Assembly (NCBI RefSeq): GCF_006345805.1
Contig: NW_021834856.1
Location: 1-45,136, forward strand
Direction of reading: 5' to 3'
DNA length: 45,136 nt
Origin: Octopus sinensis
Lineage: Eukaryota
The notes under the pieces: model-generated
Database searches by the model: none
What the model was told of the DNA's origin: nothing
The model's input: the letters and a program-made list of their open reading frames with translations, nothing else
Position numbers and translations under genes: made by a program
Shown: one piece after another, positions 1 to 10,082 of the stretch
How the letters are laid out: each line of letters starts with the position of its first letter
Position numbering within the stretch: position 1 is the first letter of the stretch

Positions 1-706
1 GTGAAAATGTGGGATGGGTGTGTGGGTGGTCTGTAGTGATGTGATGTGTAATGTTGTAGTGTGGTGTGGTGTGAAGTTGTTGGGAGGTGGGGAGGTGAGA
101 GTGGGGAAAGCACGGGTGGTGTGTGGGTTCGGCTGAGGGTTGGGGTAGAGTTGGGGTTTGTGGGTAGGCAGAGGGTGGGGGTAGAGGTGGGTGTGTGGCA
201 TATGATGGGGGACGGGAAAGATAGGGAAGGTGGAGTAGGAATGTGTGGGGGTGGTTAGGCTTATGGGGGAGGGGAAGGTGGGTATGTGAGGAGAGAAGAG
301 AGAAAGAGAGTGAAAGAGTAAGAGAGAAGAGAGAAAGAGAATAAGAGAGAAAGAGAATAAGAGAGAAAGAGAGTCAGAGAAGAGGAAAAGAGGGGAAAGA
401 AAGGGAGTAAAAGAGAAAGAGAGAAGAGAGAAAGAGAGTAAGAGAGAAGGAAAGAGATTAGGGTGAAGAGAAGTAGGAGGGAAGAGAGGTAGGAGTCAGG
501 GCAAGAGAGGAGAGTTGGGTGGGAGGAAGTAGGAGGGAGGGGGAGAGAGAGGAGAGAAGGAGAGTGAGGGAGAAGAGAGGAAGAGAGTAAGAGAGAAGAG
601 GGGAAAAAGAGTAGGGGTGAAGAGATGTAGGAGTGAAGAGAAGTAGGAGTCAGGGCAAGAGAGGAGAGTTGGGTAGGAGGAAGTAGGAGGAGAGAGGCAA
701 GGGGAG
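1..706. repeat. Low-complexity GT-rich (1-260) and GA-rich (260-706) tract
   Basis: Nearly pure G/T then G/A composition with short degenerate repeats; the ORFs across it are compositionally biased. Confidence 0.9.
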
Positions 707-818
707 GAGAGTGGAGCCCAAATGGCATAAAGGAGCGAAGAGAGAAGATTAATCCCTGTTCATGGCGCAAACGGGAGTCCGGATGGCCTCTGTGCAAGGA
801 CAATCCGAACACAGACAT
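707..818 (-). mobile_element. Penelope-like element, C-terminal end of GIY-YIG endonuclease (5'-truncated fragment); the CT-rich tract downstream may be its 3' region
   Basis: MSVFGLSLHRGHPDSRLRHEQGLIFSLRSFMPFGL resembles the PLE C-terminal pattern MS.LGL..C....R...EQ.LIF.LG.L.P.G.N (from memory). Confidence 0.45.
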
Positions 819-1272
819 ATGTGTGAGTGTGTGTGTATATATATATATCTTCTCTATATATAAAACTGAAATGCGTTTTTACCGCTTGGATCGCTTTCAA
901 TGCCACTACATCCCGTCCGATTCGCTCCAAAATTTACAGGGACATGTAGAATGAGGTGACGATGCTCGTGGGCTACCTTAGAAATCCCTAGCTTAAAAGG
1001 TGTGGTTGCTAGGGGCCATCTTCCTCACTCACACTATTTCCTCCTTTCCCTCTCTTACTCCCCTTCATTAATAACTTTGAGAATGCTACTCCCGTTATTT
1101 AATGTATTCCCCTCAACTCCCTTTCACTTTCCCTTTATAAGTTCGTCAGGCGGCTTTCTATGATGTAGCTGTTTGCATTCATAGGGAGAATTATCATCGC
1201 TACCAAACAACACACAATCATGAGAACAAATATTATGAATCAGATATTCTTGCGTTCTTTTATATGTGTGCT

Positions 1273-1445
1273 GTGTGTGTGTTCTATATATAAATATGTA
1301 TATATAATGTATGTGTGTGTGTGCGTTCTATATATAAATATGTATATATAATGTATGTGTGTGTGTGTGTTCTATATATAAATATGTATATATAATGTAT
1401 GTGTGTGTGTGTGTGTTCTATATATAAATATGTATATATAATGTA
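1273..1445. repeat. Compound minisatellite, about 4 copies of a ~42-44 bp unit (GT)n-TCTATATATAAATATGTATATATAATGTAT
   Basis: Unit read directly four times in tandem. Confidence 0.9.
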
Positions 1446-1985
1446 TATATACAAAGTGTATATATCTTTATTTATGTATATTAAACTTTTTCATACTTTT
1501 TCATAGTTATATATATTTTTAAACAAATTATAAATATAATTTAATAATTTTTATTTTCAATTTTATATTTTCTATATTTTCTATATTATATATTTTTTTT
1601 AATGTTTTTGTTTTTGGTTTTTCACTGTTTGATTTGCCTATTAGTGGTTTTATCTCTAATTTAATTTATACAGATATATCTCATTTGTATGCATTTGTAT
1701 ATATAATGCGTGCACACACACATATATATATATAATGTGTGCATTACGTAGTCGGTCGATTCAGCTGAAAATATGCACACCTATGTTAAAAGTGCTGGCA
1801 AGTTTGCATGACAACTATTTTTTTCCTCAAATGAAAGGCGTCACCTCTAGGACAAAATTCCTCATCTTATGAAATGTGGCCCCAGTAGACCCGAATGAAA
1901 TCGGGTTATATTAACCAAAATGTGGCTGGAAGGGGATTAAAATTTCAACGAGCGGGTGTTTAGGAATTCTCTGTTACATCAAGCT

Positions 1986-2270
1986 AAAAAATTTGCGCCA
2001 GCCTTTTAATCGTCAATGTGTTGCCGTCCATGATAAAGAAGTTTTGAATGCTTGCCATGGTGAGTCTACTGTCGTGAGAAAGAATCACTTCAAAACTTGG
2101 TGTTTACGAATTTTCTTTTACATCAAGTTCAAAATTTTACGCCAGCCGTTAAACTGTCAATACGTTGTTGTCCGTCGTTAAGAAATGCCAGCCATGGTGA
2201 CTCTACTATCCTCAGATTCTATCCCTTCAAACTTTGGTTTCCAATATTTTATTATTTTTATTCAGCTCGC
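1986..2270. repeat. Diverged tandem duplication, period ~145 bp
   Basis: AAAATTT.CGCCAGCC.TTAA..GTCAAT ... GCCATGGTGA.TCTACT ... CTTCAAA.TTTGGT occurs at 1986-2130 and again at 2131-2270. Confidence 0.65.
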
Positions 2271-2530
2271 AAGTTCGTCTGTCCCTTATATATGTTAGCG
2301 TTTTGCTGTCTGCCTTGAAGCAGACCTTTCCATTGCCACTGCCTCATATTTCTGATTGATCTTTCTAAATATTTTATTTCTCAACTTACTCAAGATCTTC
2401 TGTTGTTTATAAATGGGAGAGAGGTAGATAAAGATAGAGAGTAAGAGAAAGTGAGGGAGAGTCCGAGAGAAAAGAAAAGTAAGAGAGTGGGAAAGTGAGA
2501 GAGAAAGGAGAGAGAAACAAATACGGAGAA

Positions 2531-2838
2531 TCATCATCATCATCGTTTAACGTCCGTTTTCCGTGCTAGCACGGGTTGGGCAGTGTGACCGGGGTCTCGG
2601 AAGCCAGGAGGTTGCACCAGGATCCAGTCTGATCTGGCAGTGTTTCTACAGGTGGATGATCTTCCTAACGCCAACCACTCTGTGAGTGTAGTGAGTGCTT
2701 TTTTCGTGCCGCCAGCACTGGTGCCAGGGGGGCTCGCAGTGGCAACGATCGGTTGGTGCTTTTTACGTGCCACTGGCACAGAAGCAAGTCAAGGCGGCGC
2801 TGCAATCGGCCACGTTCGGATGGTGCTTTTTACGTGCT
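2531..2838 (-). mobile_element. RTE LINE 3' end fragment with (GAT)n tail and 2-3 units of the 3'-UTR minisatellite
   Basis: Reverse complement of 15900-16166 (GGCGTTAGGAAG..CCAGATCAGACTGG..GGACGTTAAACGATGATG). Confidence 0.85.
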
Positions 2839-2905
2839 GAAAGGAAGCAACAGAAAGTAACAACCACACTCATACCCGCGCGTAGAGCGGGTCACCTTCA
2901 GCTAG

Positions 2906-2943
<38 letters not shown>

Positions 2944-2980
2944 TGTATATATACATTTATATGCATGTATATATACATAT
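2906..2980. repeat. (TA)n/(CA)n microsatellite
   Basis: Direct reading. Confidence 0.95.
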
Positions 2981-2984
2981 AATC

Positions 2985-3690
2985 ACCATCATCATCGTCG
3001 TTTAATGACCGCTTTCCATGCTGGCATGAGTTGGATGGTTTGACTGAGGACAGGCGAGCCAGAAGGCTGCACCAGGCTCCAATCCGATCTGGCAAAGTTT
3101 CTACAGCTGGTTACCCTTCCTAATGCCAACCAGGCCGAGATAATGGTTGCTAACCCATGATGGACCACTAATCTAATCTTAAGTATTCTGTCGCATACTC
3201 TGACTACCTCAATTACTTTATCTCCCCATTTCTCCGCAGGAAGTATATCCACACCAGCAACCCCGTCAGTGTTCCCTGCCCAGAAAATCTTGTACCTGTG
3301 TTCTTTGCCTGTAAGGAACCTAGCGGAACCTCCTCTCCACCTTACTTCTTTGATGCATCACATATTGACACATCTCCGTTCAAGCATCTCAACAATCTCA
3401 CCAGACCTGCTTTTCAGTGTGCCGATGTTGAGAGTGCCAACCCTGAGGGTGTAGGAGGTATGGGCCTGTGAGACCCTGGGATGGGAGACAGCAGTGTCAT
3501 GTACCTGAAAAGAAAGCTCATATTTGGCAGAATTCATAAACAAACAATAACCTTCAATTCAACCTGTATACACTACACTATCATATTTTTGCATCATATG
3601 ATCACTACCTTACATAGGAGATAAACCCTAAGTAGGGCTGGGGATGGTGTAAAGCCTTTAGAAGTGTTCATGGGAGACAACCAAAGGATG
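2985..3690 (-). mobile_element. Internally deleted (bipartite) RTE: 5' UTR plus N-terminal endonuclease fused to the 3' tail
   Basis: 3545-3690 matches the 5' region of copy B (16460-16600); 3133-3543 encodes the APE N-terminus (LNIGTLKSRSGEIVEMLERR..LAEKW.DKVIEVVRVCDRILKIRLVVHHGLATIISA); it joins the (GAT)n tail module at 3132. Confidence 0.8.
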
Positions 3691-3699
3691 AATCCAGAA

Positions 3700-4720
3700 A
3701 ATATTGCATATCTGATCCTCTTGTTGTAAGACATAGGCAAACCTCTTCCTTTCTGCTTCTATTCTTGCTAAATTGACCTGTCACATAGATTCTGCCCTAG
3801 CTGCCTCTGTTGTTCTAGTCTTTCCAACCCTGACTTTTCCCATTTATAGTCCTGTCTAGCTCACCGCTCTATTGCTATTTCACCCCTGATCTTGTTGAAA
3901 TGTTGCATTTGTTACAGATTTGATGTGTAGCCTTCTGTAGGTTGTCTCCTACAAGCTTCCAATTGTCCTCTCTGTTAAACATCACTATTTCTTAACAGAT
4001 GTTTTAATTAGAACATTTCTAAATTCTGCTTGCTTAATGGATCTTTAAGCTTCCATACTTTCCTTTTCTAATCTGTTTTGTGTCTCTGAGTTCATCTAGT
4101 CCTAAGACTGAAGTTACTCACCATTAACCTATGTTGAGCTGCGAAGTACTTTACATTTACAAGCATCTGTTTATTCTAGTTTCTGGTGAGAATGGAGTCG
4201 ATCTGGCTTGTGTGCCCACCATATTGCTAAGTAATTAGGTGGCTGGCTGTTTCCTGAAGTTAGTGTTGCACATCAACAAATCACTTGCATCACAGAACTC
4301 AAGCAACCTTGTTTCCCTCCTCATTTCTATCACCAAAGATGTAACTGACATGCATGCCATGAAATCCATTGGAGTGCTGTCAACATGCCTGGTGACATCA
4401 TCAGCCATGATAATTAGGTCATTGTATCCTATTGTCAAGATATCTGCCAGTCCAGAGTGTGGAGTATAAGTAGAGAGAAATGCCACTATTAGTTTAATAA
4501 TCCTACCACACACACCCTGACTATTTTGATCACCTTATCTACCCATTTCTCTGCCAAAAGTATACCTAAACTACCCACTCCACTGCTACTCCCCATCCGG
4601 AAGAATTTCTATTTACTTTCTTTGCCCACAAGCAGTCTAGTTGAGGTTTCTTCCCACTGAACTTCTTGCACACAGTACATGTCTACACTCTAGCAGTTCA
4701 ACAATCTACTTTTCATTGAT
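3700..4720 (-). mobile_element. Old, decayed RTE fragment (endonuclease plus linker)
   Basis: ORF 4235..4513 contains TRLLEFCDASDLLMCNTNFRK; further downstream RKVWKLKD and QVNLARIEAERKRFAYVLQQEDQ are homologous to copy A. Confidence 0.7.
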
Positions 4721-4825
4721 TGTAGTGGCTCTAAGTTTGTGAAGGTGAGAAGAGTGAGAGAATACTAGAGGAACTATATAAAATATTTAGTGGTTATACA
4801 AGAAACAAAAAGTAAAATGCCTTAC

Positions 4826-4903
4826 GTTTCATCACTAGGTTTGGCCATGTGTGAGCATGCAGAGCTTGTATTATTCTGCTTATTCCATATGACTCTTGGA
4901 AGT
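4826..4903 (-). CDS. AAGAB: AAGAB internal exon (78 nt; equivalent to vertebrate exon 5), DFQESYGISRIIQALHAHTWPNLVMK
   Basis: Minus strand CTTTTTATTCTCTTCCAG|ACTTCC ... ATGAAAC|GTAAGG; strong match to the AAGAB motif G..RI.QAL.A..W.N.VMK; phase 1-1. Confidence 0.9.
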
Positions 4904-5164
4904 CTGGAAGAGAATAAAAAGTGTTATTAATGCAATACAAATGATGTGGGAATGTAAACAATACATATTATTTTTACATATCAGCTCATGGAAAAGCTAA
5001 TAATTTTACATATTCCTGATCTCTCTCCTCAGCTGAGTAACCCTGTACTTCCTCTACAGCAAGACACCTGTTTCTGTCTCTCTGTCTCACTATAACCTTT
5101 CATCATTTGATACAAGATTACTTCCTCCAATGCCCACTCCCCTCTTGAAATTTTTTTTTTGTCT

Positions 5165-5468
5165 TGCAAGTACTTGGTGACCTTGTCAATGCAGGTGCCA
5201 CTTAAAAGCACCCAGTCCACACTGTAAAGTGGTTGGTGTTTGGAAAGGCATCCAGCAATAAAAACCCTACCAAAACTGACCTTGCCTGTGCTCGTGCCAT
5301 GTAAAAAGCACAAAGTCCACTCTGCTGAGTGGTTGGTGTTAGGAAGGGCTTCCAGCAGTAAAAATCCTGCCAAAATAGTCACAGAAGCCTGGCTGACTCT
5401 TGTGAAACCATCCCACCCATGCCAGCATGGAAGGTGGACGTTAAATGATGGTGATGATGATGATAATG
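5165..5468 (+). mobile_element. Decayed RTE 3' UTR/tail fragment
   Basis: GGTTGGTGTTAGGAAGGGC...CCATGCCAGCATGGAAGGTGGACGTTAAATGATGGTGATGATG. Confidence 0.75.
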
Positions 5469-6217
5469 AAAGGTTCATTGGTCAGTTTCTGAATGTAAGT
5501 CGATGAGAGATCATTTTTACAATGGAAAGGAATCCAGTACATAACTAATTTTCTGTGGAAAGCCAGGTGTCTATTTTCAGACAAATTAAACTGAACAATG
5601 ATTCAGAGTCTTGCCTGGAAACTTGCTAGAAATAACAGCTAAGTCTCCCTGAAATCACATACAACCAAATGAAGCTTCAGAAAATGTAGTTCTATAAATG
5701 TACTTCTATAAAGATGGGATGGTCATGACTGGAATCTTTTCATGATAGGTCAGTTGCTGCATGATGATGAAGCCATAGCCATACTGGTTGTCAGATAATG
5801 TATATCAGAGTAGCTCATAAAATAAAAAATTACTAACTTATTACGAAATAATATATGTAAAACAATATAAATCTGAATTAAGAACCTTTAGTCAGGTTAG
5901 TGAAAGAGTTCTGTAAAATATTAATACTAACTGGTCAGAATTAGCTGAGCATATATTTCACTGGAGAAAACGATGAGATCATTACAGTTTAATTACCTGA
6001 CACTAAGGCTGATGAAAAGTTTAGCTATTCAATAAAATTTAGTTTAAGTGATGTATAAAGCTCTAATGTAAACAATACTGTTATATAGACCAAAGAATGC
6101 TAATATTGCAAAAGAGAATATTAAAGGGTATTAAGCTGCAATATGAAGACAGTAAATAGCAGTGGTCTTTCACTTTATAAAAGAAAGTAGAAGTACATAT
6201 TCTTGCATATGTGCTTC

Positions 6218-6395
6218 ATCATCATCTTTGTCATCATATAATGTCCACTTTCCATGATGGCATGGATTGTATAGTTTGACAGGATCCAGCAAGTTGCAGG
6301 GCTACATTTGAATACTGTCAGCTTTGGCATGTTTGAAAGGCTGGACATTTTTCCTAATGCCAAGCACTTTACAGTGTATGGAGTGCATTTTTCAT
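6218..6395 (-). mobile_element. Highly decayed RTE tail fragment
   Basis: CATCATCATC...AATGTCCACTTTCCATG..GGCATGG...CCTAATGCCAA is the reverse complement of the tail module. Confidence 0.55.
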
Positions 6396-6810
6396 AATAT
6401 GAGCTCTAGTGACAATGCCAAGTAACTTGCAAGGCAAAAAAAGAAAATAAAAGGAAGGAAAAAAAAAAGGGAAAAGGGAAAAGCCTCTCCAACTAAATGG
6501 GGGTGGGTGGGTAGTATTTGAGATGGGGAGGAGGGCAATGGGTCTATGCCAGGTGTTGGGAGGCTAGAGTGTGATGGAAGAATAAGCCTCGGTATCTTGC
6601 AATTGAGATCAGGCTTGCCAAACATTTTGATGAAAGTATCAGATTTAGCAAAACAAAGAAAAAGTACCAAATTTTGCTCAAAAAGTACCAAAATTTAAAT
6701 TCGTAATATTTTGCCTATAAATCAACCGAAATGCATAATATATATTATTTATAATATATAGGACTTTATTTTAAAGTGACCTACACATATTTAATGTTAT
6801 TACTTTATAA

Positions 6811-8450
6811 TTAGAAGGTTGCATCATCAACAGAGTGAGGTTCCTCCTTGTACCAATATCCTTGTCCTTTTAATTTAGCACAAAGCTCTTCATCGGGTGT
6901 ATAAGTTGTGCAGTTTACATCATGAAGACTTTTTGAATGCAGCAGAGCATTGGTTGTTTGGGTATGCAGTTTAGACCTATTCTTGAATTTAATGTTATTT
7001 AGGACTGAAAAATTTTTCTTAGCTGCAGCTGAAGAATATGGTAATGATAGGCGCTGAAACATAAAGCATGACAGGACCGCATAACGAGCTTCATCTCCAG
7101 ATTTTTCCTAAGAAATTTTATACCAATAATCTTCTGGTTTGGTAACTTCAGTTATGTCATTGTTATCTTGAAGTTCTCTCCATGTTTTATTCAGAGCTTG
7201 AATCTGACTCTCCTGAACAATATTTAGAAATTTGCATGTCAGAGGAACAATTGAACTTGGACTATTGTAATCACGAATACTAACTGGGTCTAGTGCCTCG
7301 AGAAGATTCAGATTATGGAAGAAATCATGTGCAAAGAAGCACTAAAAAATTCCTTTACAAGGCGCACATAAAAATTTAATGTTTTCACATGAAACTGTTT
7401 CAATTCAGTTGAAACTTTTATGTAAATGCTTTCAACTTTTATTCTGTAAATTTCAGTCATGGGAAGCTACCCAGATGGATCACTGATGTTAATTTCATGT
7501 AGCTCTTTATTTTTCACAATTTCTTTTTTAACAAAACTGCCAAGTATTCATTTAACAGTACATGTGATAAATTTGTATAATTTGTGCCTTCTATAGCTTT
7601 CTAATTGGAAATTTAAATTCAACTTAATAATATCTGGTAAAATATATGCTAAAAATGCATAATACATCTTTGCGATTGGATTTGTTAATGAGTTCAGCAC
7701 TTCTGAAGCTGCACAATTGTTATCTTCAATAAAATAACACTAGGGCAGGCAACTGTTCTAGTATTCTTTTGACAACTTGTTATAAAGATAGCCACCTTGT
7801 ACATCTCACATGTAATAATTTCTGAGTAAATTTGAGTAAATGCCTGAAATTCTTCATATTCCTGCAGTCTCTTTGGGCTTCTAACAAGATCTAATTATGA
7901 AGGTAATTCTGAATATGCCTTTGATGCAAAGATATGCATAGAGTGACAGACACAACCCTGAGAGAAGGAACTGTTCTTCTTCAGTAATGCCTGCACACCT
8001 CCCTTCTGTCCCATCATTGCACTAGCAAATCCTGTCAAATTTTCAAAAGGAATAATTATGCAAGGTGAAGAATCGTTCAATAAAGGAAAAAATTTCATTA
8101 GCAGAGTAATCCTTGGCTTCCAAAAGAATTAAATAATGTTTTTGAGTGCTACAATCATAAAATCTAGCTAATGGAACAAGCTGTTTTTTTGTACTTACAT
8201 CAGTAGTTTCATCAGCAATTAATGAAAACTTGCACTCTTTTAACTGTTTAATGAGGTTTTTAAAGTAATAAGGGCCTAAAACATTTTTATGCATTTGAGT
8301 ATCTTTGGTTCTTGCACATTTTATATCTTTAGCTATTTTGGAATCAGGACATGCATTATGAATTAGTAAATGATAAATTGTGCTCTACAATGAAGGAACA
8401 AAGCTTAAGTTCCACAGTTGCTACGTTTGTAATATAAACAGAAGTTGTAC
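6811..8450 (-). pseudogene. Fragmented hAT transposase
   Basis: FSLIADETTDVSTKKQL (first catalytic Asp motif), GCVCHSMH (CxxH motif) and ..KKNFSVLNNIKFKNRSKL (C-terminal dimerisation region) lie in separate frames, i.e. the gene is frameshifted. Confidence 0.8.
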
Positions 8451-8508
8451 ACTGCAACTTTCAGCTTTCCACTTTTAATTTCTGCATTAACATTTTTAAC
8501 ATTTTTAA

Positions 8509-8929
8509 AAGCTACAGTAACATCCACCCTTAATGGTTAGCCATATTGAGATGGCTAGTATACTTTACGTTGTCGAGCAGTTACTGTTTACATCTCGTTC
8601 AGAGATTTATTATTGCTTGCATACAGTTTTTCGAAATCAGAGACAGAAGCTACTGGGAAAAACAATAAATAAGTATTTGTAAACAGGTTTCCCTTCAGCG
8701 AAAACCGGTGATTACCGTACATTGACAACAGGCAAATAACTAGAAACTGCAGTCCGTGCGTATCACTTAGGTTTACGAGAGAGGGGTGACCTCCCTTTGC
8801 AAATACCATAAGTGCACAGAAAGTGTGCCTAAAGCCAGCTGGAGACAATGATCTCCTGGGGCTAAAAGCTACAGTAACACCCCACCCTTAGTGGTTAGCC
8901 ATATTGAGATGGCTAGTATACTTTACGTT
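8509..8929. mobile_element. Unclassified 421-bp insertion with ~65-bp terminal direct repeats and 8-bp flanking duplication
   Basis: Repeat AAGCTACAGTAACA..CCACCCTTA.TGGTTAGCCATATTGAGATGGCTAGTATACTTTACGTT at ~8506-8571 and ~8863-8929; ATTTTTAA at 8501-8508 and 8930-8937. Confidence 0.7.
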
Positions 8930-9239
8930 ATTTTTAATATGTTTATTCGTTTTTCTGTGCCTCTCCAGATGAGTTACACTACCTTGAATTTCATGACAAA
9001 ATTTACAGTATACTCTCTTGATATTTGTTTTACTAAGTTCTAACCATGATGAAAATCAAGAATCCAATAAAAGTTTGTTCAGTAATTTATGATTATATTG
9101 CTTAATTCTTTTCTTTGGCAGAGTTAAACCTAAGTCAATTTCATCATTGCTTTTATCTTTCGTATTCTTGCTCATCATGAGTATTATAAATCACTTGTAA
9201 CTGATAAAAGTTTAACAAGATAGTAAGGAAGCACTTGTC

Positions 9240-9470
9240 TATTTCTTTACTACCCACAAGGGGCTAAACACAGAGAGGACAAACAAGGACAGACAAACGG
9301 ATTAAGTCGATTACATCGACCCCAGTGCGTAACTGGTACTTAAATTTATCGACCCCGAAAGGATGAAAGGCAAAGTTGACCTCGGCGGAATTTGAACTCA
9401 GAACATAGCGACAGACGAAATACTGCTACGCATTTTGCCCAGCGTGCTAACATTTCTGCCAGCTCGCTGC
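9240..9470 (-). mobile_element. tRNA-headed SINE (central domain resembles the Meta-type CCTTTCATCCTTTCGGGGTCGATAAA motif), nested in the hAT element
   Basis: On the minus strand, A-box-like GAGCTGGCAGAA and B-box-like GAGTTCAAATTCC; CTTGTC duplicated on both flanks. Confidence 0.8.
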
Positions 9471-9999
9471 CTTGTCATTTATGTATAAAACATGCTACTG
9501 ACTGGCATTAGAGGCAGCAAGCCAGCGATACTGGATGGTATGCACGATACATGTATTGAACACATTCTATACCAACTAGCTATCAATTAGCTATAAACTG
9601 TCTAGTTATAAAATGTCACAAAATATATTTTGATATAAAATATTTAGTCCAATAGTAATGTAATGTATATATTGTTACATTGTTCACTTACATATGCTGT
9701 AAACTTACTTTTTACATAAAGCAAAAAAAGTACCAAATTATTGCAGTGTAGTACTAGAAGTATTACTGCACACCAAAAGTACCAAATTTGGTACAATAAT
9801 ACCAGGTTTGGCAAGCCTGATTGAGATACAAGGTTATCCCACATTATATAAGGGTGGGTAAGAGTAGCTGGAATGCTGAAAAGAAGACAGAAGTGGTGAT
9901 GAAATGCTGGATTATCTCAAAGTATAAGGCAGGTATAGAACAGGTTGCAGAAATGGATTGCAAGTAGAGAAATAAATTCATTTAATTTATTCAAACATG

Positions 10000-10082
10000 G
10001 AGGAGGAACAACAACAACAGCAGCAGCTGCTGCTGCTACTACTGCTACTACTACTACTACTCCGCTGCTGCTGCCACTGCCC
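10000..10082. repeat. Mixed trinucleotide repeat (GGA/ACA/GCA/GCT/ACT)
   Basis: Direct reading. Confidence 0.9.

Larger units (their letters stand above)
6610..9819 (-). mobile_element. hAT-superfamily DNA transposon, full-length relic with nested insertions
   Basis: 14-bp TIRs CAGGCTTGCCAAAC (6610-6623) / GTTTGGCAAGCCTG (9806-9819); perfect 8-bp TSD ATTGAGAT (6602-6609, 9820-9827); subterminal AAAAGTACCAAA motifs at both ends; transposase remnants inside. Confidence 0.92.

Noticed and set aside
61-706. ORFs 61..258 and most of 261..818
   Set aside because: Low-complexity artefacts; only the first ~35 aa of 261..818 look like real (Penelope) coding sequence.
1-4825. Next downstream AAGAB exon
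   Set aside because: No minus-strand AG/GT-bounded open segment with AAGAB similarity found; this part of the protein is poorly conserved, so a miss is possible.
8545-8552. The hAT TSD octamer ATTGAGAT also occurs inside the 65-bp direct repeats
   Set aside because: An 8-mer match in AT-rich DNA with no TIR next to it; most likely coincidence.
8560-8610. Hammerhead-like CTGAACGAG...CTCGACAAC...GTA on the minus strand of the 421-bp element
   Set aside because: It needs an insertion in both core segments and stem I does not pair.
9380-9470. A/B-box sequence as a tRNA gene
   Set aside because: No cloverleaf; it continues into a SINE body and recurs at 26515-26710.
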